This document shows positions 1 through 13,567 of a DNA stretch of 64,000 nucleotides, one piece after another. The DNA comes from Myxococcales bacterium. GTDB lineage: Bacteria > Myxococcota_A > Polyangia > Haliangiales > Haliangiaceae. The translations under genes and the position numbers were made by a program. Every line of letters begins with the position of its first letter. Position 1 is the first letter of the stretch. The stretch is taken from assembly GCA_016707895.1 (NCBI GenBank), contig JADJGV010000034.1, positions 757,625 to 821,624 of the forward strand, in the 5' to 3' direction. The notes under the pieces are model-generated. The model saw only the letters and a list, made by a program, of their open reading frames with translations. It had not been told where the DNA came from and did no database searches.

Positions 1-18
1 GATGCAGCTGATGACAGC

Positions 19-1083
19 ATGCGCCGTCACCGCTCGCTGGCGCTGCTCGTGGTGGCGGCCTTGGCCGCCCCGCCGGTCCTCGCGCAGCCGGTGCCCGCGT
101 GGTCGCCGCCGCCACCAGCGGCGCCGATCGCCGCGGTGGCGCTCCCGCCGATCGCCGCGGTGGCGCCCCCGGCGTCCGCGGCGTCGGACGCGCCCGAGCC
201 GGCCGACGCGTCCGCGCCGGGCGCCCCGCCGCTCGACGGGGATCACCCCACCAACCGCAGCCTCGTGCTGTCGGCGGCCGGCGCCGTCGGCATCTACGCC
301 GTGCTGTATGGCTGGCTCAGCCTGGCGTGGTTCGTCCGCACCACCGACGCCGACCACTTCGCGTTTCACGACGAGGGATGGTTCGGCCCCGACACCTACG
401 CCGGCGGCGCCGACAAGCTCGGCCACCTGTGGGGCAACTACGCGATGACCCGCGGCGTGAGCCGGATCCTGCAGTACGGCGGCTGGCCGCGGACGGGCAG
501 CGTCCTCGTCGCCGGCGGGTTGTCGCTGGGGTTCTTCACCGTGTCGGAGATCAAGGACGGCTACAAGGTCGAGTACGGCTTCTCGTACGGCGACATGATC
601 GCCAACACCGCCGGCGTCGCGCTCGGGGTGCTGCTCGAGTTCGTGCCGGCGCTCGATCGCCGGTTCGACGTGCGCATGAGCTACCTGCCGTCGGACGAGT
701 ACCTGGCGCGCCTCGAGGAGGCCGGCCCGTTCAACACGCCCGAGGACTACTCGGGGCAGACCGTGCTGGTGGCTTACCACCTGGGGTCGATCCCCGCGGT
801 GCGCGCGCGGCTGGGCTGGGTGCAATACCTCGACCTGTCGATCGGCTACCGCGCCCGCAACTACCTGCCGCTGCCCGACGACGGCGCCGACCGCTCGCAG
901 GAGCTGTTCGCCGGCATCTCGCTCGACGTGCAGGCGATGGCCGCGGCGATCGCCGGCCGCGGCGTCGGCGGCCGGGTGCTCAACTTCGTCACCGAGATGT
1001 ACCAGCCGCCGTTCACCACGCTCGAGCTGGGCGCCGCGACCCGCGCCAGCGCGCAGCCGATGGGCTCGGCGATGACGCCGTGA
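19..1083 (+). CDS. Secreted protein with an N-terminal signal peptide, DUF2279-like
   Basis: ORF 19..1083 has a hydrophobic N-terminus (LALLVVAALAAPPVLA) and an Ala/Pro-rich linker, followed by a conserved domain with GWFGPDTYAGGADKLGHLWGNY that resembles DUF2279 periplasmic proteins. GC3 is high throughout. Confidence 0.55.
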   Translation: MRRHRSLALLVVAALAAPPVLAQPVPAWSPPPPAAPIAAVALPPIAAVAPPASAASDAPEPADASAPGAPPLDGDHPTNRSLVLSAAGAVGIYAVLYGWLSLAWFVRTTDADHFAFHDEGWFGPDTYAGGADKLGHLWGNYAMTRGVSRILQYGGWPRTGSVLVAGGLSLGFFTVSEIKDGYKVEYGFSYGDMIANTAGVALGVLLEFVPALDRRFDVRMSYLPSDEYLARLEEAGPFNTPEDYSGQTVLVAYHLGSIPAVRARLGWVQYLDLSIGYRARNYLPLPDDGADRSQELFAGISLDVQAMAAAIAGRGVGGRVLNFVTEMYQPPFTTLELGAATRASAQPMGSAMTP

Positions 1084-1086
1084 CCG

Positions 1087-2022
1087 TCACGGCAGCGCGA
1101 CGTCGATCCACACCGGCCAGTGATCCGACAGCGCGATCGCGCGCTCGACCCCGCCGGGCGTGGCCGCCGCGCCGCGGACGTACAGCGAGTCGAGGCGCGC
1201 CGCGACCAGCCCGGCGAACTGCTCGGTCGGTCCCAGCGCCGCGGTCGGCGTCGCGTAGCCGACCTGGCGCATGTAGCCGTCGATCACCGGCGCCTGATCG
1301 GTGTCGACCACGGTCGAGCCGGGCAGGTCGGGCACCGCGCCGCCGGTCCAGACGTAGGGGTTGGTGTTGAGGTCGCCGCCGACCACCGCCGGGGCCGGCG
1401 CGTCGAGCACCGCCGGGCGCAGCTGCAAGATGCGATCGCCGGCGTTGAGGCGGGTGTCGAGGTGCAGATCGACCACGCGCAGCGCGGTCGCGCCGACCCG
1501 GACGTCGGCGGCCAGGGCCCGCCGCGGCACCTGGCTGAACGCCAGGTCGGCGTAGGGCAGCTCCATCACCTGCACCCGCTCCAGCGGCCAGCGCGACAGG
1601 ATCGCCGGCCCATGGGTGCCGTCGCCCTCGATGCGCTCGGGCGCGTACGCGTAGCCGAGGTCGAGGGCCGCCGCCAGGCGCCCGGCCCGCGCGCCGCCCT
1701 CGCCGGGGTGGGCCTCGATCTCTTGCAGCAGAATCACGTCGGCGGCGGCCAGCGCCGGTGTGGCGCGGATCGCGGCGGCCAGGCCGTCGACGTTGGCGCC
1801 CTTGGCGACGTTCCAGGTGACCACCCGCAGGCGTGCCGGCGGCGTCGACGGCGCGTGCGGCGGCGGCGCGCTTTCCGGCGTCAGCGGCCCGGTGATCACG
1901 TCGGCGTCGACCCACTCAGATGGCGGCCCCAGATCGGTCGTGCAACCGGCGAGCGCCAGCGCCGCGAGCGTCGCGAGCGCCACCGCCGGAGCGGTCGGGG
2001 CGGCCGCGTTGACGGGCGACAT
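1087..2022 (-). CDS. Endonuclease/exonuclease/phosphatase (EEP) family lipoprotein
   Basis: There is a signal peptide and lipobox (LALAGCTT). The motifs WNVAKG, ILLQEIE, the final SDHWPV, and the conserved D/N/H pattern are typical of EEP-fold hydrolases. Confidence 0.7.
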   Translation of the reverse strand: MSPVNAAAPTAPAVALATLAALALAGCTTDLGPPSEWVDADVITGPLTPESAPPPHAPSTPPARLRVVTWNVAKGANVDGLAAAIRATPALAAADVILLQEIEAHPGEGGARAGRLAAALDLGYAYAPERIEGDGTHGPAILSRWPLERVQVMELPYADLAFSQVPRRALAADVRVGATALRVVDLHLDTRLNAGDRILQLRPAVLDAPAPAVVGGDLNTNPYVWTGGAVPDLPGSTVVDTDQAPVIDGYMRQVGYATPTAALGPTEQFAGLVAARLDSLYVRGAAATPGGVERAIALSDHWPVWIDVALP

Positions 2023-2087
2023 CTGATGAGCCTACGCGCGCGCGGGCCGCGGCCGTGCCGAAATCGGCGGCGGCCGGTCCGGCGCGA

Positions 2088-3308
2088 TCAGCCGACCGCG
2101 ACCACGATCGCCGCCTGCACCGTGCCGATCGCCGCGCCGAGCACGCCGCCCAGCGAGACCAGGATCCACTCGTCCTCCTCGAACACGCCGCGCAGCACCC
2201 GCTCGAACTCGGCCTTGTCCATCGCCGCCAGCGAGCGCTCGAGCGTGTCGGCGATGCCGAGCTGGGCGCGCAGCGGCGCGTCGAGGGCCTCGATCACCGC
2301 CGGCGCGGTGACGGTGAGCTCGGCGGTGACCGCGGCGATCACCCGGGCCTTGACCTCCGGCGTCGGCGCGGCGCCGGCGGCCATGGCGGCGAAGTTCAAC
2401 AGCGGCCCCAGCTCGCGCTCGAGGGTGGCGGTGGCGACGGCCACCAGCCGATCGCCGCCGCGCGCCACCACGTGGGCCACCAGATCCTTGGGGCCGATCA
2501 CCTCGGTCGACAGCATCGCCGCGTACTCGCGCGAGATCTCTTCCTGGCGCGCCGGGAACAGGCCCTGGAACGGGAACACGCCCAGGTAGTAGGTGCGCTT
2601 GAGCGGGCGGAAGATCATCTGGATCGCGAACCAGTTGTTGACCAGGCCGTCGATGGCGCCGATCAGCGGCAGCAGCCACCACTTCTCGAGCGCGGCGTAG
2701 CCGCCGACCTCGAGCAGGCCGATCAGGAAGCCGAGCACCGCGCCGTACCAGATCACCACCTGCAGCTCGCGGCGGCCGACCCGCTGGAACAGCCGGGCCA
2801 GGCGGTCGGCGTTGGAGCCCGAGAGCTGCTCGACGATCAGCCCGCGGACGTCGATCACCTCGTGCAGCAGCGGCCGCAGGTCGCGGACCAGCGCGGCCAC
2901 CACCGGCCGGGTCAGGGGCCCGAGTTGACCGATCAGCTGGTCGCGCACCGGCGGCGGCAGGCCCTCCCAGATGCCCGGCTTGATCGCCTCGAGCGCAGCG
3001 CGGGTGAGCGCCGGGCCGCGGGCCTGCAGGTGGGGCGCCAGCAGGTCGGCCAGCTTGGCCGGATCGATCGTGTCGAGCAGGGTGTCGACCCCGACCCCGG
3101 TCTTGGCCACGGTGTCGGCGACGCCGCTGGCGAACTTGGGCGCGCGCCGCTGCACCACGCCCTGCCAGCCGAGGTGCCAGCTGGGCGGTCCCACGCCGAC
3201 CCACCGCGCCGGGTGGAACAGCATCTTGATCGCCACCCACTTGCACGTGTAGCCGATGATGGCGCCCACCACCGGCAGGAAGATCAGGATCTGGACGAAG
3301 TGCGACAC
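2088..3308 (-). CDS. DUF445 (YjiN-like) membrane protein
   Basis: A hydrophobic N-terminus (ILIFLPVVGAIIGY) is followed by a long helical domain, with a second TM pair in the middle (VIWYGAVLGFLIGLLE). The architecture matches the DUF445 family. Confidence 0.65.
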   Translation of the reverse strand: MSHFVQILIFLPVVGAIIGYTCKWVAIKMLFHPARWVGVGPPSWHLGWQGVVQRRAPKFASGVADTVAKTGVGVDTLLDTIDPAKLADLLAPHLQARGPALTRAALEAIKPGIWEGLPPPVRDQLIGQLGPLTRPVVAALVRDLRPLLHEVIDVRGLIVEQLSGSNADRLARLFQRVGRRELQVVIWYGAVLGFLIGLLEVGGYAALEKWWLLPLIGAIDGLVNNWFAIQMIFRPLKRTYYLGVFPFQGLFPARQEEISREYAAMLSTEVIGPKDLVAHVVARGGDRLVAVATATLERELGPLLNFAAMAAGAAPTPEVKARVIAAVTAELTVTAPAVIEALDAPLRAQLGIADTLERSLAAMDKAEFERVLRGVFEEDEWILVSLGGVLGAAIGTVQAAIVVAVG

Positions 3309-3381
3309 CCTTCCGCGAGGATAGCCCGGGCCGCCCGTCGCCCGGCGGCGCGATCCGCGGTGAGAGGCCGTGTAACCGCGG

Positions 3382-3567
3382 TCTCACGTGGGAGATGGCC
3401 GGGAGCGGGGTGGGCCAGCGATCTCCCACGTGGTGGATGGCGCGGCGGGCGGGCCAGCGATCTCCCACGTGGTGGATGGCGCGGCGGGCGGGCCAGCGAT
3501 CTCCCACGTGGTGGATGGCGCGGCGGGCGGGCCAGCGATCTCCCACGTGGGGGATGGCCGGGGGCGC
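3382..3567. repeat. 39-bp tandem direct repeat: three identical copies, a variant fourth copy, and a partial upstream copy
   Basis: GGGCCAGCGATCTCCCACGTGGTGGATGGCGCGGCGGGC recurs at 3412, 3451, 3490 and 3529 with exact 39-bp spacing. A degenerate copy sits at 3382. Each unit contains the palindrome CCACGTGG. The array lies between the 3' end of the 3D-domain gene and the 5' end of the DUF445 gene, both on the minus strand. Confidence 0.9.
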
Positions 3568-3594
3568 GGGGGGCGGGGCGGGAGCGGCCTGCGC

Positions 3595-4488
3595 TCAGAT
3601 CGAGCCGGCGGCCGAGCGGCGGACGCCGCCGCCCTTCTGGGTGCAGCGGCCGGCGCCGCTCCAGACCTCGACGCTCTTGGACCAGCTGTGGCTGCCGCCC
3701 CGGCGCGCGAGCGCCTTGTAGTAGGCGCGGCGCCCGACGAACAGGTCGAGCTGCTTGCCGTCGATGCCGCCGCCGGTGTCGACCGCGACCACGCAGCCGT
3801 CGTGGACGAAGCCGCCGACCCCGGCCGGGCCTGGCATGCGCAGGCCATCGAGCGCCGGGATGTACAGCAGGCTGCCCATCTTGACGACCTTGGGGTCGAC
3901 GGCGACCGAGCGGTACGGGACCAGGGCCCGGCCCGAGCCGCCGGTGCCCCAGGCCTTGCTGGCCGGGACGATGTGGAAGCAGCGACGCCCGCACGCACAG
4001 CGGGACGCGACGTTGACCAGGCGGCCGTCGCGGAGCCGGCCGGTGCCCTGCATCGCGACCTGGGCGGCGAACGCTGGGGTCACGTGGGCGAGGGGCACGC
4101 ACGCCTGGTCGTTGAGCGGGATCAAGGCGGGCGCGGCGGGCGCCGCCGGGGCCGCGACCGGCGCGCCGGCGGCCAGCGCCACATCGTCGTCGCCGTTGTC
4201 GTTGGCGGCGGGGGCGGAGCCCATCTCGGCCTCGTGGATGATGAAGTAGAAGGTCATCTGGAACCGCCCGATCGGCGCCTCGGCGGGCGTCGGCGCCGGC
4301 AGCACCCGGGCCGCGACGGCGGGCGCCGGCGCGACGATCGGCGGGGTCATCTCGAGCCGCTGGCTCGGGCGATCGCACGCGGCGAATCCGAGCCCGGCCG
4401 CCATCCAGGCGACGCTGCGTCTCCGGAAGCGGTCCAGGGTCGCGCGGAGGGCCCGAGCGGCGCGGCGGAGAGCATCGGTGATTCGCAT
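3595..4488 (-). CDS. 3D-domain protein (MltA/YuiC-like cell-wall lytic transglycosylase fold), probably a lipoprotein
   Basis: The C-terminal part carries the 3D-domain hallmark (FYFIIHEAE ... LLYIPALDG ... GGFVHDGCVVAVDTGGGIDGKQLDLFVG). The start was chosen at ATG 4488 (MRITDALRR), which is preceded by GAGG 6 nt upstream. A lipobox-like GLGFAAC follows. The ORF track extends to 4842, but that upstream portion overlaps a structured leader. Confidence 0.6.
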   Translation of the reverse strand: MRITDALRRAARALRATLDRFRRRSVAWMAAGLGFAACDRPSQRLEMTPPIVAPAPAVAARVLPAPTPAEAPIGRFQMTFYFIIHEAEMGSAPAANDNGDDDVALAAGAPVAAPAAPAAPALIPLNDQACVPLAHVTPAFAAQVAMQGTGRLRDGRLVNVASRCACGRRCFHIVPASKAWGTGGSGRALVPYRSVAVDPKVVKMGSLLYIPALDGLRMPGPAGVGGFVHDGCVVAVDTGGGIDGKQLDLFVGRRAYYKALARRGGSHSWSKSVEVWSGAGRCTQKGGGVRRSAAGSI

Positions 4489-4705
4489 GGTTGCCTCGCG
4501 CTGCGGGTTCCTTCCGGTGGCCATGCCTCCGGCGATCACCCGCATGGTTCGCCTCGTCCGAGCCATCCCCGCGTATGCGTTGGGACGACCCTTGGAGGGC
4601 TGCGGTTGGAGCGGTTCCTCTACGGGGAACCGAAATACTACCCAGGATCGGCGCGGCCGTGGGCCGAAAATCGACCGGGCGATCGGATTGGTTGGACCGT
4701 CGGCG
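4489..4705 (-). ncRNA. Structured 5' leader of the 3D-domain gene; candidate c-di-AMP (ydaO-type) riboswitch-like element
   Basis: This 217-bp intergenic stretch has lower GC than its flanks. On the minus (mRNA) strand it reads ...GGUUCCCCGUAGAGGAACC (hairpin)...CCCUCCAAGGG...CGCAUACGCGGGGAUGGCUCGGACGAGGCGAACCAUGCGGGUGAUCGCCGG...GGAAGGAACCCGCAGCGCGAGG-AUG. The ACGCGGGGA, GGCGAACC and CGGGU..CCGG blocks resemble conserved ydaO-motif segments as I recall them. The downstream gene is a cell-wall hydrolase, a common ydaO regulon class. This has not been verified with a covariance model. Confidence 0.25.
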
Positions 4706-5692
4706 CTAGGCGGCCAGCAGCGCGCGCAGCACGAACGACCCGAGCCAGTGGCCGCCGGCGTAGCTCGGCGACGCGATCGCGGCGATCGCCGCGGCGAGAT
4801 GCGGGTCGGCCAGCGCGCGCAGGCGCGTCGCGCGCGGGTCACCGGCGGGCAGCGCGGCGGCGATCTCGCGCGCCATCCACGCGCGGCTGGCGCCGAGGCC
4901 GTCGAGGTGCACCAGCCGACCGTCGTCGCGATCGGCGGCGCGCGGCGGCGGCCACGCGATCGTCGCCAGCTCGGGCAGCGCGCGATCGATCCAGGCCGCG
5001 AGCTCGGCCGGCGCCAGCGCCCGCGCCATCAGCGCGGCGGCGCCGAGCCCGGGCGACAGGAAGTCCTCGCCCGACGGCTCGAGGTGCAGCGCCGGCCCGC
5101 GATCGCCGTCGTGCAGGCGGCGCGCGGCGGCGGCGATCCGTTCGGCGATTTCGGGCGCGCCGGTTGCCCGGGCCCAGTCGATCGCCAGCGCCGCGGCGAA
5201 CGCCGACTGCGCGTGGGTGCCCGCGCGCACCGCGTGGGGCAGCCGCTCGAGCCACGCCGCGATCCGCTCAGCGGCCAGCGCGGCCAGGGGCGCGGCGTCG
5301 CCGGCCCAGGTCGCGGCCCGCGGCCACGCGGCCAGCTCCCCATGGAGCGCGCACAGCCAGGCCAGGCCGTACGGTCGCTCGAAGCTCGGGTGGGCGTGGA
5401 GGTACGCCAGCTCGCCGGCCCAGGCGTCGGCGGTGAACGAGCCGGCCAGCGCCGCCTCCGCGTCGGCGGCCAGCGGGTGGGCCGGCCAGCGGCGGGCGAA
5501 GGCGGCCAGGGTCCAGTGGCCGTGGACCGCCGAGTGCCAGTCGAACGCGCCCCAGAAGATCGGGTAGAGCCCCCGGGGGGTGACGGCGGCGTCGTCGGCG
5601 ACGACGTGGGTCAGGTGGTACGGGTGCGGGCGATGGATCGCCGCGAGGGCGAGCGCGGCGGCGTGGGCCGCGGCGCTCGCGTCGGCTACCAC
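4706..5692 (-). CDS. DUF2891 family protein
   Basis: The motifs PIFWGAFDWHSAVHGHW and the His-rich conserved core are typical of DUF2891. The start was set at GTG 5692, which overlaps the stop of the upstream small membrane gene by a few bp. The longer ORF reaching 5836 would overlap that gene extensively. Confidence 0.55.
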   Translation of the reverse strand: MVADASAAAHAAALALAAIHRPHPYHLTHVVADDAAVTPRGLYPIFWGAFDWHSAVHGHWTLAAFARRWPAHPLAADAEAALAGSFTADAWAGELAYLHAHPSFERPYGLAWLCALHGELAAWPRAATWAGDAAPLAALAAERIAAWLERLPHAVRAGTHAQSAFAAALAIDWARATGAPEIAERIAAAARRLHDGDRGPALHLEPSGEDFLSPGLGAAALMARALAPAELAAWIDRALPELATIAWPPPRAADRDDGRLVHLDGLGASRAWMAREIAAALPAGDPRATRLRALADPHLAAAIAAIASPSYAGGHWLGSFVLRALLAA

Positions 5693-6129
5693 CAGCGGCC
5701 GCCGTACTTGTTGGTGACGTAGGCCATCAGGACCGCGGCGACGATCGCGACGACGCCGAGCAGCGACTGGAACGGCAGCACCTTCTTCTGCATCTCCATG
5801 GCCTTCTGCTCGGCCGGCGAGTCGCCGGGGATCCACTTGGCCACCAGCGGCATGCCGAACAGGAAGCCCAGGCCCAGCTCGGCGACCAGCGTGCCGACCG
5901 CCGCCAGCAAGATCGACATCGGGAAGCCCGACGCGGTCATGTCGTTCATGTGCGGCAGCATCCGGGCCGCGTTGATGATGCCCCAGACGAGCAGCACCAC
6001 GCCGATGATCCCCTGGAACGGGACCAGCTTGTCGATCAGATCCTTGGCCTGGGGCTTCTGGGCGATGATCAGCCCCGACAGCGCCAGGACGCCAGCCAGC
6101 GTGAGCATGATGACGGTGATCCAGTTCAT
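5686..6129 (-). CDS. Small polytopic membrane protein (about 147 aa)
   Basis: Four predicted TM helices are present. AGGAGG lies 5 nt upstream of ATG 6129. GC3 is high. Confidence 0.55.
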   Translation of the reverse strand: MNWITVIMLTLAGVLALSGLIIAQKPQAKDLIDKLVPFQGIIGVVLLVWGIINAARMLPHMNDMTASGFPMSILLAAVGTLVAELGLGFLFGMPLVAKWIPGDSPAEQKAMEMQKKVLPFQSLLGVVAIVAAVLMAYVTNKYGGRWW

Positions 6130-6188
6130 GCGGTCCTCCTGGCGGCGATCCTACGCCGGCCGCCGCGGCCCGGGGGCGCGGCGCGCGA

Positions 6189-9851
<3,663 letters not shown>

Positions 9852-9952
9852 CGCCCGTCGGTAGCACGAAGCCCGGGCCGGGCCAACGGGCCGGGCGCCG
9901 GGCCGCGATCGCCGCCGCGTCACATCGGCGGCGGGGCCGGGCACTACCGGGC

Positions 9953-11053
9953 GTGACCACCGCGCTCCACGCCCCCGCTGCGCACCAGCTGCCCGCGTCG
10001 CACGATCAGCAGCCCGACGGCCCCCGCACCGATGACCGCGACGGCGCCGTCGCCGAGCTGCTGGCGTTGATCCAGTCCGACGGCCTGTCCCCCGAGGTCG
10101 CGGCGCTGGTGGCGCGCCGCCACCCGCACCAGCTCGACCGCCTGATCGCGCACCTGCACCAGCACGGCAACGCGTTCGTCGACGAGACGCTGGCGCTGGT
10201 GGCGCGGCCGGCGGGCGACGCGGCGTTGCCGACCCGCGCTGACGACGCCGGCGCGGCACCGGCGCGGCCCGCGAGGCCGGCGCGGGCGCTGCCGGACGTC
10301 GCGACCCAGGCGGCGGCGGTCGGCGCGACGGCGGGCGAGGTCGGCGCGACGGCGGGCGAGGTCGGCGCGACGGCGGGCGAGGTCGGCGCGACGGCGGGCG
10401 GCGAGGTCGAGGCCGCGCTCCAGCCCGAGGTCGAGCCGGACTACGCGGCGTCGCGGGCCTGGAACCGCGCCCACGTGCGCAACGTGGTGCGCTTCGACTA
10501 CGCGACCAAGCACCGCTACGCCGATCAGCGCCGGAACGGCGAGCTCGACGTGTACCGGGTGGCGCAGTGGCAGCGCGAGCACCAGGCGGCCTACCCCGAT
10601 CTCGAGGTGACCGGCATGGTCGACGAGCTGACCTGCGAGATCGCCGAGGGCCGGCCGCCGCAGCCGCGCCCGCCCAAGCCCCACCACCCGCCGTCGGTCG
10701 AGCTGCTGCCGACGATCGCGCTGCCCAACGTCCCCGACGGCACGCTCTACCCCGCGGGCCGTCGTTTCCATGTGCCGTTCGAGGTGCAGGCGCGCCCCGG
10801 CACCCAGATCTGGCTGCAGGGCTACATCCCCAACGGCATCCCCGAGGCGCGGCGGGTGGTCACCACCGACGGCGACGGCCACGCCACCGGCACGCTCGAG
10901 TTCAACGCCCAGGGGATCGGCGCCGACGACCGCCCCGAGGCGGTCTACGCGCTCACGATCATCGGCACCGAGAGCCCCGCCGAGGGCGGCCGCTCGGGGC
11001 CGGTCATCCAGCGGCGGATCCGCATCGTCAGCGCGCCGCCGCCGATCTGGTGA
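9953..11053 (+). CDS. Hypothetical protein with an internal 7-residue tandem repeat (VGATAGE, four copies)
   Basis: This is a 366-aa ORF with high GC3. A 21-bp DNA repeat at about 10310..10395 encodes GEVGATA repeated four times. A C-terminal beta-rich domain is present. No family was recognised. Confidence 0.45.
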   Translation: MTTALHAPAAHQLPASHDQQPDGPRTDDRDGAVAELLALIQSDGLSPEVAALVARRHPHQLDRLIAHLHQHGNAFVDETLALVARPAGDAALPTRADDAGAAPARPARPARALPDVATQAAAVGATAGEVGATAGEVGATAGEVGATAGGEVEAALQPEVEPDYAASRAWNRAHVRNVVRFDYATKHRYADQRRNGELDVYRVAQWQREHQAAYPDLEVTGMVDELTCEIAEGRPPQPRPPKPHHPPSVELLPTIALPNVPDGTLYPAGRRFHVPFEVQARPGTQIWLQGYIPNGIPEARRVVTTDGDGHATGTLEFNAQGIGADDRPEAVYALTIIGTESPAEGGRSGPVIQRRIRIVSAPPPIW

Positions 11054-11056
11054 CCG

Positions 11057-12208
11057 TCAGGCGCCGACGGCGCGGGCCATCCGCACCACCGCCTCCTCGA
11101 GCAGGCCGGCGGTGGTCGCCAGGTTGAGCCGCGCCCAGCCGTGGCCCTCGACGCCGAAGCTGGGGCCGGGCGACAGCGCGACCTTGCCGCGGGCCAGGAA
11201 CGCGGCGGCCGGATCGTCGCCGAGGCCGAGCGCGCGGCCGTCGAGCCACGCCAGGTAGCCGGCGGCCGGCGGCGCGTAGCCGACCGTCGGCAGGTGGCGC
11301 GCGAGCAGCTCCGCGAGCAGCGCGCGGTTGCGATCGAGCATCGCGATCACCTGCGCGCGCCACGGCCCGCCGGCGGTGAAGGCGGCGCGGGCGGCGAGGA
11401 TGCCGAGGTGACCCGCGTGGTACGAGATCTCCGCCGGCAGGCGCGCCAGGATCGCGCGCGGCGCGTCGTCGCACGCGACCAGCACCGCGGCCTTGAGGCC
11501 GGCGAGGTTCCAGGTCTTCGACGCCGAGGTCAGCACGATCGCGCGGCGCGCGGCGGCGGCCGACACCATCGGGAACGGCGTGTGGGTCGCGCCCGGCAAG
11601 GTCAGCGGCGCGTGGATCTCGTCGGCCAGCACCAGCACGTCGTGGCGATCGGCCAGCTCCGCGATCGCGGCCAGCGCCGCCGGCGCATACACGACGCCGG
11701 TCGGGTTGTGCGGCGAGCACAGCACGTGGACCCGCGCGCCGGCGGCGTAGGCGCGCTCGATCGCCGCCAGATCGGGCGCGAAGCCGCTGGCGGTGCGCGC
11801 CATCGGCGCGGTGATCACCTGCCGGCCGAGGTGGCGCGCGGTGCCGGCGAACGGCGGGTACACCGGCGGCTCGATCACCACCGCGTCGCCGGGCGCGGTC
11901 GCGACCTGCAGGAGCTCGGCGAGGCCGGTGACCACGTCGGGCACGACCCGCACGTCGCGCGGCGCGACCTCCCAGCCCCAGGTGGCGCGGGCCCACGGCG
12001 CGAACGTCGCGCCCAGCCCCGCGGGGTCGGCGTAGCCGCAGTCGTCGTCCTCGATCGCGCCGTGCAGCGCGGCGCGGATCGGCGCGGCCAGCGGGTAGTC
12101 CATCTCGGCCACCCACGCCGGCAGCACGTCGACCGGGTAGCGCGACCACTTGGCGCTGTGGCGCCGGCGCAGGCTGGCCTCGGTGATCGCGTCGAACGGG
12201 TGACCCAT
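11057..12208 (-). CDS. PatB/MalY-type C-S lyase (cystathionine beta-lyase-like PLP aminotransferase)
   Basis: The protein has a class I/II aminotransferase fold with the PLP-lysine motif (SASKTWNLAGLK) and MalY/PatB-like N- and C-terminal signatures. Confidence 0.8.
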   Translation of the reverse strand: MGHPFDAITEASLRRRHSAKWSRYPVDVLPAWVAEMDYPLAAPIRAALHGAIEDDDCGYADPAGLGATFAPWARATWGWEVAPRDVRVVPDVVTGLAELLQVATAPGDAVVIEPPVYPPFAGTARHLGRQVITAPMARTASGFAPDLAAIERAYAAGARVHVLCSPHNPTGVVYAPAALAAIAELADRHDVLVLADEIHAPLTLPGATHTPFPMVSAAAARRAIVLTSASKTWNLAGLKAAVLVACDDAPRAILARLPAEISYHAGHLGILAARAAFTAGGPWRAQVIAMLDRNRALLAELLARHLPTVGYAPPAAGYLAWLDGRALGLGDDPAAAFLARGKVALSPGPSFGVEGHGWARLNLATTAGLLEEAVVRMARAVGA

Positions 12209-12241
12209 GGCGCGATGCTACGCGCGATCCGCCCCGCTGGC

Positions 12242-13563
<1,322 letters not shown>

Positions 13564-13567
<4 letters not shown>

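Noticed and set aside
3388-5436. ORFs reading through the 39-bp repeats (AISHVVDGAAGGP and AIHHVGDRWPARR repeat peptides)
   Set aside because: All six frames are open across the array. The downstream parts of these ORFs are Arg-rich and antisense to credible genes (DUF445 and the 3D-domain gene), so the array is treated as non-coding.
9852-9952. Possible SAM, SAH or B12 riboswitch upstream of metH
   Set aside because: The leader is only about 100 nt and extremely GC-rich (GGGCCGGGC repeats), with no recognisable riboswitch core.
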